Shown: positions 36,149-45,297 of the stretch, piece by piece
How the letters are laid out: each line of letters starts with the position of its first letter
Position numbering within the stretch: position 1 is the first letter of the stretch
From: an uncultured Flavonifractor sp.
GTDB taxonomy: Bacteria; Bacillota; Clostridia; Oscillospirales; Oscillospiraceae
Direction of reading: 5' to 3'
NCBI GenBank assembly: GCA_947649225.1
Contig: CANSQX010000001.1
Location: forward strand, 1 to 62,453
Length of the DNA stretch: 62,453 nt
Program-made: the position numbers and the translations under genes
The notes under the pieces: model-generated
Databases searched by the model: none
The model's input: only the letters and a program-made list of their open reading frames with translations
What the model was told of the DNA's origin: nothing

Positions 36149-36197
36149 CGCTGTACAAATCTCCAAACTTCACAGTTTACGCTGTACAAATCTCAAC
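36149..36197. promoter_or_regulatory. Two direct repeats CGCTGTACAAATCTC, 31 bp apart, in the araC/ABC divergent control region
   Basis: cgctgtacaaatctc starts at 36149 and again at 36180. These are exact 15-mers in an otherwise non-repetitive AT-rich spacer. Confidence 0.4.
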
Positions 36198-36245
36198 AGT
36201 TGTGCTATAGTGATTTTCAATCTATAAAATTGTATACATTATTGT

Positions 36246-37865
36246 ATGCGTATAGAAGCAAATTCCCCTGCGGCAAAGAACGGCGGAAGGTGGCGAGAGC
36301 CCTTGGCGCTTCGGCTGGTCACTTATTTGGGCGACATCGAGTTCAGTCAGCTGAACCACGGCGAGACCTACAACATCATTAAAACCGCCTCCTCCTATGA
36401 GGACTGCTTCGCCAACGCGATGGCCTATGGCGCGGACATCATCATGCGGATCACCAACCCGGTCTACCGGGTGCAGGACCTGTTCCTCAGCTTTGAAAAC
36501 TACGAGGATCTGCCCACCGTCCTGGTCTTCTATGTCTATGCGGAGGACACCGTTTTCTTCGCCGTGTCCAACTGCGGACGGCGACGAGAGGAGCTGTGCA
36601 GCCTCTTTTATCAGTTTTTCTCCGATCAGTTCCCCTTTATCTACAATTTCTCCAGCGAGTATACCCAGATCTCGGCCCGGACGGAGGGGACCGTGCAGCC
36701 CCGGATCCTCCAGCTGGAGAAGTCGGAATTTCTGACCGACCTGCTCCGGGGCGGGGACCGGCGGGAGATCGCCGCCTACCGCCGCACGGCGGAGCTGCGG
36801 CTGGCGGAGGGCGGCTACTACCTCTATGTCTGGTTCCTGCGGGACGCCAAGGGGCTGGATTACTCCCACCACCGGCAGCTGAAGGACGTCTATAATTTCA
36901 TCGGGGCCCTGCTCCAGCGGGAGTGCCAGGAGGTCCTGGACGCCCACCGGGGCGGCGAGGTCTTTTACAGCGATCCCCGGCGGCTGTGCGCCCTGATCAA
37001 CGCGCCGGCCAGCCAGGAGGAGGTCCGCCAGATCGCCGGCGGGCTGACCTACGCCATGGGCACCGCCGACGCCGCCCGCTACATGAGCGGCCACTTCAAG
37101 GGCGTGGAGGGGGCCCGGGAGGCCTTTGAGTCCATCAACGAGCTGCGCCGGTACAACTTCTTCTGCCGGGACGCCGAGCTCATCACCGCCCGGCTGATCC
37201 AGTCCCTGACCCGGCCGCCCAAGCCCGGGCAGGTCAACCAGCTTCTGGCACAGATCCAGCGCCTCATCACCTACGAGACCGGCAGCCCCGATCTGCCGGA
37301 GCTGGTCCAGCAGCTCTTTCTCCGGGTCGTCAAGCCCAGCATGGATTACGACCTGTTTTTCTACTGCATGTCCAACGTCAACTCCTTCCTCTATGAAAAG
37401 CTCACGGAGCGGTTCCAGGCCCCGGCGCCCATCCGGATCCCCCGGACCGTCAATCTCCAGCACTCCAACATCGAGATCGAGTGCGGCAACCTGCTTACCG
37501 CCATCCAGCATCTCCAGACCAACGCCCAGACCGGCGTGGCCACCGTCAAAAACCCCCTGGTGGCCAAGGCGGTCAAATATATCCAGAAAAACTACGCCGA
37601 GGACATCTCCCTGCTCACCCTGGCCCAGCATCTCAACATCAGCAGCGTCTATCTGAGCCAGCTGTTCAAAAAGGAGCTGGGGACCAGCCCCATCAAGTTC
37701 ATCATCCACTACCGCATCGACCGGGCCAAGGTCCTGCTCAAGGAGACCGACGACTCCATCTCCAACATTGCGGTCAAGGTGGGCTTCTGGGAGCCCAAGC
37801 ACTTCTCCAAGACCTTCAAGCGCGTCACGGGGATCTCCCCGATGCAGTATAAGAAGAGCCAGTAA
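36246..37865 (+). CDS. AraC-family transcriptional regulator with a large N-terminal sensor region
   Basis: C-terminal HTH pair VKYIQKNYAEDISLLTLAQHLNISSVYLSQLFKKELGTSPIKFIIHYRIDRAKVLLKETDDSISNIAVKVGFWEPKHFSKTFKRVTGISPMQY. Confidence 0.85.
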   Translation: MRIEANSPAAKNGGRWREPLALRLVTYLGDIEFSQLNHGETYNIIKTASSYEDCFANAMAYGADIIMRITNPVYRVQDLFLSFENYEDLPTVLVFYVYAEDTVFFAVSNCGRRREELCSLFYQFFSDQFPFIYNFSSEYTQISARTEGTVQPRILQLEKSEFLTDLLRGGDRREIAAYRRTAELRLAEGGYYLYVWFLRDAKGLDYSHHRQLKDVYNFIGALLQRECQEVLDAHRGGEVFYSDPRRLCALINAPASQEEVRQIAGGLTYAMGTADAARYMSGHFKGVEGAREAFESINELRRYNFFCRDAELITARLIQSLTRPPKPGQVNQLLAQIQRLITYETGSPDLPELVQQLFLRVVKPSMDYDLFFYCMSNVNSFLYEKLTERFQAPAPIRIPRTVNLQHSNIEIECGNLLTAIQHLQTNAQTGVATVKNPLVAKAVKYIQKNYAEDISLLTLAQHLNISSVYLSQLFKKELGTSPIKFIIHYRIDRAKVLLKETDDSISNIAVKVGFWEPKHFSKTFKRVTGISPMQYKKSQ

Positions 37866-37918
37866 CGAGAGCCCGGGCGGCCCGGCGCCGTCCGCCTCTG
37901 CAAACAAACGGGAAAGGA

Positions 37919-38932
37919 ATGACTGCCATGTATACCGAGCGCGAGAACTTTCTGCGGACCCTGTCCGGCGACCACCCGGACCGCTTCGTCAACGAGTGGG
38001 AGCCCTTCGAGCTCATCGGCGACGACCCCCTGATCGTCCACACCCGGGGCGGCGTGCGGAAAAAAGGCACCCACCTCCACGATATCTTCGGCACCTATGT
38101 CATGTTCCCCGAGGACCAGAATTTCGCCATGCCCCATGTGACCGACGGCTGCAAGGCCCTGCCCGACATCACCGCGTGGCGGGACTATGTGAAAAAGCCC
38201 GACCTCTCCCCGGCGGACAAGGATGAGCTGTGGGCCCCGGTCCTGGAGCGGGTCAACGCCGTGGACCGGAACGAAAAGCTGGTCATGGGATTTATGGAGA
38301 CCGGCCTCTTTGAGCGCATGCACTACCTGATGGGCTTTGAGGACACCCTGTGCAACCTGCTGATGGAGCCCGAGTCCTGCCAGGAGCTCCTCCAGCTGCT
38401 CCTGGAGTACAAGCTGGAGTACGCCAAGATCCTCATCGACCGCATCCACCCCGACATCATCCTGTCCCACGACGACTGGGGGGAGAAGATCCGCCTGTTC
38501 ATGAGCCCCGACGTGTGGCGGGAGTTCTTCAAGCCCCTCTATACCGAGCTCTACGGCTACATCAAGTCCCGGGGCGTGCTGGTCATGCACCACGCCGACT
38601 CCCACTGCGCCGACATTGTCGAGGATATGCCCGAGGCCCACATCGACGTGTGGCAGGGCTGCCTGCCCGAGAACGACATCCCCGCCCTCCAGGCGCGCCT
38701 CAAGGGGAAGATGACCCTGATGGGCGGCGTCAACGTGGCCCTGGTGGACACCGTGTACGCCACTGAGGACGTGATCCGGGCGGAGGTGCGCCGGGTCTGC
38801 GCCGAGTACGGCCCCGGCGGGTACTTCATCCCCTGCATCACCTACGGCGGCATCGGCTCCATCTACCCCCAGGTGGACGGCATCGTCAAGGACGAGATCG
38901 CCAAGTGCAGCCCCCTGTATTTTAAGAGCTGA
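37919..38932 (+). CDS. URO-D superfamily protein (second copy in the window)
   Basis: ERENFLRTLSGDHPDRFVNEWEPF... and ...LSHDDWGEKIRLFMSPDVWREFFKPLYTELYGYIKSRGVLVMHHADSHC...GGYFIPCITYGG. The start may instead be the ATG at 37928. Confidence 0.75.
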   Translation: MTAMYTERENFLRTLSGDHPDRFVNEWEPFELIGDDPLIVHTRGGVRKKGTHLHDIFGTYVMFPEDQNFAMPHVTDGCKALPDITAWRDYVKKPDLSPADKDELWAPVLERVNAVDRNEKLVMGFMETGLFERMHYLMGFEDTLCNLLMEPESCQELLQLLLEYKLEYAKILIDRIHPDIILSHDDWGEKIRLFMSPDVWREFFKPLYTELYGYIKSRGVLVMHHADSHCADIVEDMPEAHIDVWQGCLPENDIPALQARLKGKMTLMGGVNVALVDTVYATEDVIRAEVRRVCAEYGPGGYFIPCITYGGIGSIYPQVDGIVKDEIAKCSPLYFKS

Positions 38933-38955
38933 CCGCCCCGCGCCCGCAAAAGCCC

Positions 38956-38984
38956 TTGCCGTCCCGCGTCCGCTTTGATATAAT
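38956..38984 (+). promoter_or_regulatory. Promoter TTGCCG-N17-TATAAT (TGn extended -10) for the GntR gene
   Basis: ttgccg at 38956..38961, spacer ending in tga, tataat at 38979..38984. This shows that the track ORF start at 38956 cannot be the translation start. Confidence 0.55.
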
Positions 38985-39018
38985 AGCCGCAAAGCAACGC
39001 AAGAGAGGACGAGAGCCA

Positions 39019-39732
39019 TTGAGGGAGCAGAACGGCCCCAGCCGGGCGGCGGGGCATACGGAGGGCGTCCCCGATTCCCCGCGGGTTTCGGGCACCTATA
39101 AGCAGGCCTATGCCTACGATCACCTGAAAAACGCCATTATCTCCGGCGTCTTTCCGCCGGAAAAGCTGCTGGTGGAGCGGGAGCTGTGTGAGATGCTGGG
39201 GATCAGCCGCACCCCGGTGCGGGAGGCCCTGCGCCGCCTCTCCAGCGAGGGACTGGTGGAGTCCCACCCGGGCCGGGGGGTCTTTGTGACCCGGCTGACC
39301 GCCTCGGACGCCCTGGAGCTCTACGAGCTCAAGGAGGCCCTGGAGCGCATGGCGGTCCGGCTGTGCATCCAGCGCATGAGCGGCGGGGATCTGGCCGTCC
39401 TGGCCCGCTGCCTGGAGGACCACGCGCAGGCCTACCAGGCGGGCAGCGCCGGGCTGGCGGCCGATCAGGACCTCCAGTTCCACACCCTGCTGGTGGAGTT
39501 CGCACGCAGCCCCCGGATCGAGGAGCAGGCCAAGGCTATCCTGGTCCAGACCCGGCGGCTCTCCCAGCTCTCGGTGTACGACACCTCCCACACTCAGTCC
39601 TTTATTCAGGAGCACCGCGCCATCTACGACGCCATTGAGGCCGGCGATCCCGCCGGAGCCGAAGCGGCCGTCTCCCGCCATATCGCCGCCATCGCCGCCT
39701 TCCAGACCGCCCGGCTGCGGATGTTCCTCTGA
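39019..39732 (+). CDS. GntR-family (FadR/FCD-type) transcriptional regulator
   Basis: LLVERELCEMLGISRTPVREALRRLSSEGLVESHPGRGVFV, plus a C-terminal FCD-like helical domain. TTG at 39019 after gaggacgagag is the first in-frame start downstream of the promoter (start uncertain). Confidence 0.8.
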   Translation: MREQNGPSRAAGHTEGVPDSPRVSGTYKQAYAYDHLKNAIISGVFPPEKLLVERELCEMLGISRTPVREALRRLSSEGLVESHPGRGVFVTRLTASDALELYELKEALERMAVRLCIQRMSGGDLAVLARCLEDHAQAYQAGSAGLAADQDLQFHTLLVEFARSPRIEEQAKAILVQTRRLSQLSVYDTSHTQSFIQEHRAIYDAIEAGDPAGAEAAVSRHIAAIAAFQTARLRMFL

Positions 39733-39809
39733 CACAAAGCAGGCCGCCCCGGATCAGACGATCCGGGGCGGCCTGCTTTGTTTGGGAGGCGCGCTCTTAT
39801 GCTAGAGTC

Positions 39810-39955
39810 GAAGCGGCTGAGAACCGGTAAAGTTCGGCGGGGAAAGCCGCGTGTGGACTGCGTTGTTGTCCTTGGCGGGCGTCAGCCCGCCTGCGTCCTC
39901 CGCCTGGCCACACGCCGTTTTCCCTCGCCTCCTTTTCCCGCTTCTCAACCGCTTC
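39810..39955. repeat. Long imperfect palindrome (~47-nt arms around a GC hairpin) between convergent gntR and lysR genes
   Basis: The left arm gaagcggctgagaaccggtaaagttcggcggggaaagccgcgtgtgg pairs with the reverse complement of the right arm ccacacgccgttttccctcgcctccttttcccgcttctcaaccgcttc. The centre holds ggcgggc-gtca-gcccgcc. Confidence 0.6.
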
Positions 39956-40892
39956 AACTATATTCCGGCCACGGGGCCCCTTCGCCGCCCGCCTGCCGCA
40001 GCAGGCGGAGAAACTTCTGGGCGGTGAGGCTGAGGGGCCGGGTCTTGCTGGTGAGCAGCAGCAGGCGGCGGCTCAGCGGGCAGTTGGCCAGCCTGAGCGG
40101 GAAGAGGCGCCCCTGGCGGATCTTCTCCTCCGCGCAGTGCCGGGGGACAAAGCTATAGCCGAATCCCCGCTCGGTCAGCAGCATCTGAAAGGCGATATTC
40201 GCCGTCTCCACGGCGGGGGCCATGACCAGCCCGTGCCGCCGGTAGAGTTCCTCAAAAAACCGGCGGCTGGCCGTTCCGGGCACCCAGACGATCAGCGGAT
40301 AGGGGGCCAGCTCCCGGAGCGTGATCTCCCGTCCGGCCAGATGGGCGTATGCCTCCCCCACGATGACCACGTCCTGGTACTCATTCAGCACCTGGTACTC
40401 CAGATCGGGGGTAAACTCCTCCGCCTGGCCCGTGGAGGCGTCGGCCAGGATGCAGAAGTCCAGCGTCCCGGCCTCCAGGGCCTCGGTCAGCTCGGCCCCG
40501 TCCCGCTGGACAATGCGCAGCTTGACCTCAGGATACTGCGCCCGGAACCGCTCCGCCAGCGCCAGCATGTAGTCCTGCCGGATGTCCAGATCGTCCGTGC
40601 CGATGCGGACAATGCCGGTGCTGGTGTGCTTGAGCTGCTCCAGCTCCTCCTCGGCGGAGAACATCAGGTCGCAGGCGGTGAAGATGCGCTGAAAAATCAT
40701 CTGGCCCTCGTTGGTGAGGGTGACGCCCTTTTTCGAGCGGTGGAAGAGGCTGCACCCCAGCTGGGCCTCCAGGCTCTGGATGGAGCGGGTGACGCTGGGC
40801 TGGGTCAGGGACAGCGCCTCGGCCGCCTGGGTAATGCAGCGGTATTTGGCCACATAGTAAAACACCTTAAAATACTCGAAGTTGACCGGCAC
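39954..40892 (-). CDS. LysR-family transcriptional regulator
   Basis: VNFEYFKVFYYVAKYRCITQAAEALSLTQPSVTRSIQSLEAQLGCSLFHRSKKGVTLTNEG. GTG at 40892 after ggaggggg. The upstream ATG at 40952 lacks an RBS. Confidence 0.9.
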   Translation of the reverse strand: MPVNFEYFKVFYYVAKYRCITQAAEALSLTQPSVTRSIQSLEAQLGCSLFHRSKKGVTLTNEGQMIFQRIFTACDLMFSAEEELEQLKHTSTGIVRIGTDDLDIRQDYMLALAERFRAQYPEVKLRIVQRDGAELTEALEAGTLDFCILADASTGQAEEFTPDLEYQVLNEYQDVVIVGEAYAHLAGREITLRELAPYPLIVWVPGTASRRFFEELYRRHGLVMAPAVETANIAFQMLLTERGFGYSFVPRHCAEEKIRQGRLFPLRLANCPLSRRLLLLTSKTRPLSLTAQKFLRLLRQAGGEGAPWPEYS

Positions 40893-41262
40893 GGCGCTCC
40901 CCCTCCCTCTTTTCCATACGCGGCGCGCATTTTTGGCATAGAAAACATTCATTATCTTTTTAAAAACGACTATAGTATAATATCATTTATACAAGAGCCG
41001 TCAATCAAAACCGAAACATCTTGCACCTTTTGCATAAAAACCGCCACATCCTGCCGGTGCGAAATGCAGCGTTTGGTGCATAAGGCCGTATGAGCGGACG
41101 GCATTTGCGCGGCTTCCAATCGCCGGAGAGAGGAGGGAAGAGCACCCCCGGCGGAGGCCCGGACGGATTCACCGCTCCGATTGACAGCTGGAGCCTGTCT
41201 CCTCCGGCGGCTGTGTGCGCCGCCCGGACTGAGGCAGCTCCAAAGGGAGGGAGAAAACAACT

Positions 41263-42729
41263 ATGATACCGATTATCATCGCAATCGTCTACTTCGGCTT
41301 TTTCAGCGTCTTTTTCGGCCTGCGGGCCCGGAAAAAGCTGGGGGACAACAGCTCCGAATTCTTCACCGCCTCCGGGCAGATGGGCTGGGTGGCCGTCATG
41401 TGTACCTTCACCCTGGCCCCGCTGGGCGGCGGGCATACCAGCTCCCTGTGGCAGGCCTCGGCCACCATGGGCATGGGCGCGGCCTGGTGGGGCATCTTCT
41501 CCGGCGGCCTGATGGTCCCCATCTTCCTGCTGTGGTTCGGCCCCATGTTCCGCAAGCTGAAGGTCCAGACCTTCCCCCAGGCCCTGGGCAAGGTCTTCGG
41601 CCCCAAGGCCAAGATCTGGAACTCCTGCGTGGCCCCTGCGGGCTGGCTGGGCATCACCATGTCCGAGCTGCTGGGCTCTGCCACCGTGGTCTACTGCCTG
41701 GGCGGCGGCAAGCTGGCCTTCATCCCCTGCGTCTTCATCGCCGCGGCCCTCTTCATTGTGTACATCTGGTTCGCCGGGATGCTCCAGGCCTCCTATATGA
41801 ACATCATCAACGCGGCCATGCTCATCGGCGGCAGCTTCTTCGCGGTGTTCTACCTGGGCACCCAGCTCCCCGGCGGCTATCAGGGCATCTTTGATCTCTA
41901 CGCCTCGGTGGGCGAGGAGTGGCGCACCAACCTGTTCCACATCTCCCCCGACATCGTCTGGGGCCAGATGATCCCCTGTATCATCCTCTGTATCTTCTCC
42001 GTCTCCAGCGAGCACGCCATGTACCAGCCCATGCTGGGCGCCAAGGACACGAAAGCCATCCGCAAGGGCGCCCTGCCCGGCGGCGTCATCAACGTCATGG
42101 CCTGCATCCCCTTCGTCATCATGGGCGTGGTGGCTACCGCCCTGCCCGAGATTACGGGCTCCGACACCCTGCTGATGCTGCCCAACCTGGCCCTGCACTA
42201 CCTGCCCCCCGTGGTGGTGGGCATTCTGATGGTGGCCCTGCTGTGCGCCCTGCTGTCCACGGGCAGCGGCATGGTCATGGCCATCTCCCACGTGGTCTGC
42301 GAGGACCTGATCGACCCCTGCCGCAAGACGCCCGCCAGCCCCAAGAAGCAGCTGTGGACCAGCCGCATCGTCTGCCTCATCGTCACCCTGGCCGCCGCCA
42401 TCCCCGCCCTGAAGGTGGAGGTGGTCATCCAGCTCTTCTTCTGGTGCTTCTCCCTCAGCCTGCCCATCTTCATCTGCTACCTCATCGGCATGGTGTGGAA
42501 GGTCAACCGCACGGCGGCCTGGATCAACCTCTTCGCCTCGCTGGCGGTCAACTTCTGGTGGACCTTTGCCTGTCCCTCCTGGTGCCCGCCCCAGTTCAGC
42601 CTCAGCTTCTACCCCGTCTTTGTGGTGACGGTGGGACTGGGCTTCATTCTCAACCTGATCCTGCCCGGCGAGAAGAGCCTTTTGCGGCAGATCAAGGAAC
42701 AGGAGGCCGGACAGCGGCTCCCCGGTTGA
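41263..42729 (+). CDS. Sodium:solute symporter (SSS) family transporter
   Basis: Polytopic protein MIPIIIAIVYFGFFSVFFGLRARKKLGDNSSEFFTASGQMGWVAV... fits the SSS N-terminal pattern. RBS gggaggga. Confidence 0.9.
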   Translation: MIPIIIAIVYFGFFSVFFGLRARKKLGDNSSEFFTASGQMGWVAVMCTFTLAPLGGGHTSSLWQASATMGMGAAWWGIFSGGLMVPIFLLWFGPMFRKLKVQTFPQALGKVFGPKAKIWNSCVAPAGWLGITMSELLGSATVVYCLGGGKLAFIPCVFIAAALFIVYIWFAGMLQASYMNIINAAMLIGGSFFAVFYLGTQLPGGYQGIFDLYASVGEEWRTNLFHISPDIVWGQMIPCIILCIFSVSSEHAMYQPMLGAKDTKAIRKGALPGGVINVMACIPFVIMGVVATALPEITGSDTLLMLPNLALHYLPPVVVGILMVALLCALLSTGSGMVMAISHVVCEDLIDPCRKTPASPKKQLWTSRIVCLIVTLAAAIPALKVEVVIQLFFWCFSLSLPIFICYLIGMVWKVNRTAAWINLFASLAVNFWWTFACPSWCPPQFSLSFYPVFVVTVGLGFILNLILPGEKSLLRQIKEQEAGQRLPG

Positions 42730-42771
42730 CTTCGCATTCTGTTTGGGATATAGTGTTAAGGAGGTAATCCT

Positions 42772-42885
42772 ATGAATTGGGCATATGCCAGCATCATCCA
42801 ATCCTTGGCCCTGGCCGTGGTGATGAACCTGGTCTGGATCGGCATCTACAAGCTGACCAGCCGGGGCCGGAACAAGGAGGACTGA
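42772..42885 (+). CDS. 37-aa single-TM micro-protein downstream of the symporter
   Basis: aaggaggtaatcct-ATG. MNWAYASIIQSLALAVVMNLVWIGIYKLTSRGRNKED. Too short for the ORF track. Confidence 0.5.
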   Translation: MNWAYASIIQSLALAVVMNLVWIGIYKLTSRGRNKED

Positions 42886-42887
42886 AC

Positions 42888-42995
42888 ATGGTTATTTTTG
42901 TCGCCTGCTATCTCATCGCCGTGATGGTGATCCTGGGCATCTGGGGCGTCATCGCCTACCGCAAACAGGCGGAGCGGGGCGAAATCGATCTCTAA
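42888..42995 (+). CDS. 35-aa single-TM micro-protein (symporter small accessory protein-like)
   Basis: ATG 2 nt after the previous stop, with aaggagga inside the upstream ORF. MVIFVACYLIAVMVILGIWGVIAYRKQAERGEIDL. Confidence 0.55.
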   Translation: MVIFVACYLIAVMVILGIWGVIAYRKQAERGEIDL

Positions 42996-43039
42996 CATAC
43001 CGCGCGGGCCCCGCCTGAGCGGACGCCCCCGCATTTCCG

Positions 43040-43083
43040 CCGCAAAAGCGCCGCATGCACACCGGCATCTGGCGCTTTTGCGG
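43040..43083 (+). terminator. 13-bp stem-loop between the symporter unit and the dehydrogenase gene (terminator or attenuator candidate)
   Basis: ccgcaaaagcgcc-(18 nt)-ggcgcttttgcgg. The T-run lies within the 3' arm. The RBS of the next gene follows at about 43090. Confidence 0.35.
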
Positions 43084-43104
43084 CATAGCAGGAGGTTTTT
43101 TCTC

Positions 43105-44202
43105 ATGAATATTCAAGCTGCCCTGATTGAGGAAAAGGGGCAAGATTTTCAAATGGTGGATCTGGAGCTGGATCCCCCCCAATTCGGGGAGGTTCTGGTC
43201 AAGGTGACGGCCTGCGGCGTATGCCACACCGACGACGTGGCCCGCAATCAGGTGATTCCCGTTCCCCTGCCCGCCGTGCTCGGCCACGAGGGCTGCGGCG
43301 TGGTGGAGCAGGTGGGCGAGGGGGTCTCGGACTTCCGGCCGGGGGACCGGGTGGGCTTCTCCTATGGGTACTGCGGCCGCTGCGAGGCCTGCCGCGCCGG
43401 GAAGCCCTACGCCTGTCAGGAGAACTACCCGCTGAACTTCAGCGGCGTTATGCACGACGGCTCCAGGCGGCTGCGCTACCGGGGGCGGGAGGTCTCCTCC
43501 TTCTTCGGTCAGGCCGCTTTCGCCACCCATGCAGTGGTTCACCAGAACAGCCTGATCCACGCGCCGGAGGACGTGCCGCTGGAGCTGATCGGCCCCCTGG
43601 GCTGCGGGATCCAGACCGGGGCGGGCGCGATTTTCAACTACCTCCGCCCGGAGGCCGATTCCTCCCTGGTGGTGACCGGCTGCGGCGCGGTGGGCCTGAG
43701 CGCCGTCATGGCGGCCAAACTCGCCGGGTGCAGCACCATCATCGCCTGCGACGTGGTGGAGTCCCGTCTGACCCTGGCCCTGGAGCTGGGGGCCACGCAC
43801 ACCGTCCACGCCGGGCAGGTCCCCGATGTCCCGGAGGCCGTCCGTGCCCTCACCGGCGGGCTGGGGACCCACTACGCCGTGGACTGCACCGGCAGCGGCG
43901 CCTGTGTGCGGCAGTCCCTCAACTGCACCCGCTCCGGCGGCACCTGCGTCATTTTGGGGGCCACCCAGGAGCTGACCATCCACGTGGAGTCGGAGCTCAT
44001 GGGGAAGGCCAAGACCCTGGCCGGACTGGTGGAGGGCCTCTCCGTCCCCCAGGTCTTTATTCCCAAGCTGCTCAGCTACTACCGGAAGGGCCGCTTTCCC
44101 TTCGACCGCCTGATCCGGTTCTACGATTTTCAGGCGATCAACCAGGCCTTTGCCGACACCAAGAGCGGCAAGGTCATTAAAGCGGTGCTCAAAATGCCCT
44201 GA
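43105..44202 (+). CDS. NAD(P)-dependent Zn alcohol dehydrogenase, aryl-alcohol (XylB)-like
   Basis: VTACGVCHTDDVARNQ...LGHEGCGVVEQVGEGVSDFRPGDRVGFSYGYCGRCEACRAGKPYACQENYPLNFSGVMHDGS. ATG at 43105 after aggagg. Confidence 0.9.
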   Translation: MNIQAALIEEKGQDFQMVDLELDPPQFGEVLVKVTACGVCHTDDVARNQVIPVPLPAVLGHEGCGVVEQVGEGVSDFRPGDRVGFSYGYCGRCEACRAGKPYACQENYPLNFSGVMHDGSRRLRYRGREVSSFFGQAAFATHAVVHQNSLIHAPEDVPLELIGPLGCGIQTGAGAIFNYLRPEADSSLVVTGCGAVGLSAVMAAKLAGCSTIIACDVVESRLTLALELGATHTVHAGQVPDVPEAVRALTGGLGTHYAVDCTGSGACVRQSLNCTRSGGTCVILGATQELTIHVESELMGKAKTLAGLVEGLSVPQVFIPKLLSYYRKGRFPFDRLIRFYDFQAINQAFADTKSGKVIKAVLKMP

Positions 44203-44248
44203 TCGCCGCCGGTATTCTGACCTTCACCCACAAAGGAGGCATGGTCCC

Positions 44249-44641
44249 ATGGACGACTGTTCCGACCGCATTCTGACCTGCAAGCTGGCGGGGCTCTCCT
44301 GCTCCCAGACCGTGATGAAGCTGGTGGGGCTGGAGCCCCGGGGAGAGGAGGGCGAGGCCCTGATCGCCGCCATGGGCGGCCTGTCCTATGGGATGCTCTG
44401 CCAGCATACCTGCGGGTGCCTCACCGGCGCGGCCTGCGCTCTGGCCCTCTACGCCCCCTCCAAGGAGACGCTGGCCGGATGGTGCCGGGAGCTGGACGAG
44501 TGGTTCACCGGCCGCTTCGGCGCGGCCTCCTGCCGGGAGCTGGTGGGCGAGGGGGCCAAAAATCCCGCCCTCTGCCTGGAATTCATCCGTGAGACGGTGG
44601 ATTACTGCCTGGAGCTCCTGGACGACGCGGATCTCCTGTGA
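44249..44641 (+). CDS. C_GCAxxG_C_C family four-cysteine protein
   Basis: LSCSQTVM...CGCLTGAACAL...ASCRELVG...ALCLEFI fits the C-GCAxxG-C-C pattern. ATG at 44249 after aaaggagg. Confidence 0.8.
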   Translation: MDDCSDRILTCKLAGLSCSQTVMKLVGLEPRGEEGEALIAAMGGLSYGMLCQHTCGCLTGAACALALYAPSKETLAGWCRELDEWFTGRFGAASCRELVGEGAKNPALCLEFIRETVDYCLELLDDADLL

Positions 44642-45297
44642 GCATGGGCGAAAATCCCTACGAGCGTTCCGGCTGGCGGGGGCGGCTCCGCCCCGGCGGA
44701 GACGCTCTGACCGGGCATCTGCTGGAGGAATCCGGGCTCCCTGCGGGGGCCCGGATTCTGGACGTGGGCTGCGGAATGGGGGACTCCTGCGCCCTGCTCC
44801 GGGATCGGGGGTACGAGGCCCTCGGACTGGACAGGAGCGCTCCGCTGATCGCCCGGGGGCTGGCCCGGCGGCCCGATCTCCCGCTGGCCGTGGGGGACGG
44901 GGCCCGGCCTCCCTTCCCGCCCGGCTCCATGGACGCCCTTTTGATGGAGTGCGCCCTCTCCGCCATGGACGCTCCCGCCGTCCTGGCGGGCTGCGTCCCC
45001 CTGCTCCGGCCCGGCGGCCGGCTCCTCCTCGCCGATCTCTACGCCCGGGGGACGGAGGACCTTCGCCGGGCCCCGGCGCTCCGCACCCGCCCGGGGCTGG
45101 AGGCCCTGCTGGCCGCCTGCGGCCTGCGCATTCTGGCCTTTGAGGACCACACCCGGGCCCTGGGGGAGTTCGCAGGCCAGCTGCTGCTGGACGGCGGGGA
45201 TCTGTCCGCACTGCTCTGCCGCCCCATGTCTGAATTTCGCGCCGCCCGGGCGGGCTACTGCCTGCTCTGGGCCCGCCGGGAGGGGGAAGCCCTGTGA
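44638..45297 (+). CDS. Class I SAM-dependent methyltransferase
   Basis: Motif I RILDVGCGMGDS, then LGLDRS, and LRPGGRLLLADL. The GTG at 44638 overlaps the upstream TGA (an alternative ATG is at 44644). Confidence 0.8.
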   Translation: MSMGENPYERSGWRGRLRPGGDALTGHLLEESGLPAGARILDVGCGMGDSCALLRDRGYEALGLDRSAPLIARGLARRPDLPLAVGDGARPPFPPGSMDALLMECALSAMDAPAVLAGCVPLLRPGGRLLLADLYARGTEDLRRAPALRTRPGLEALLAACGLRILAFEDHTRALGEFAGQLLLDGGDLSALLCRPMSEFRAARAGYCLLWARREGEAL

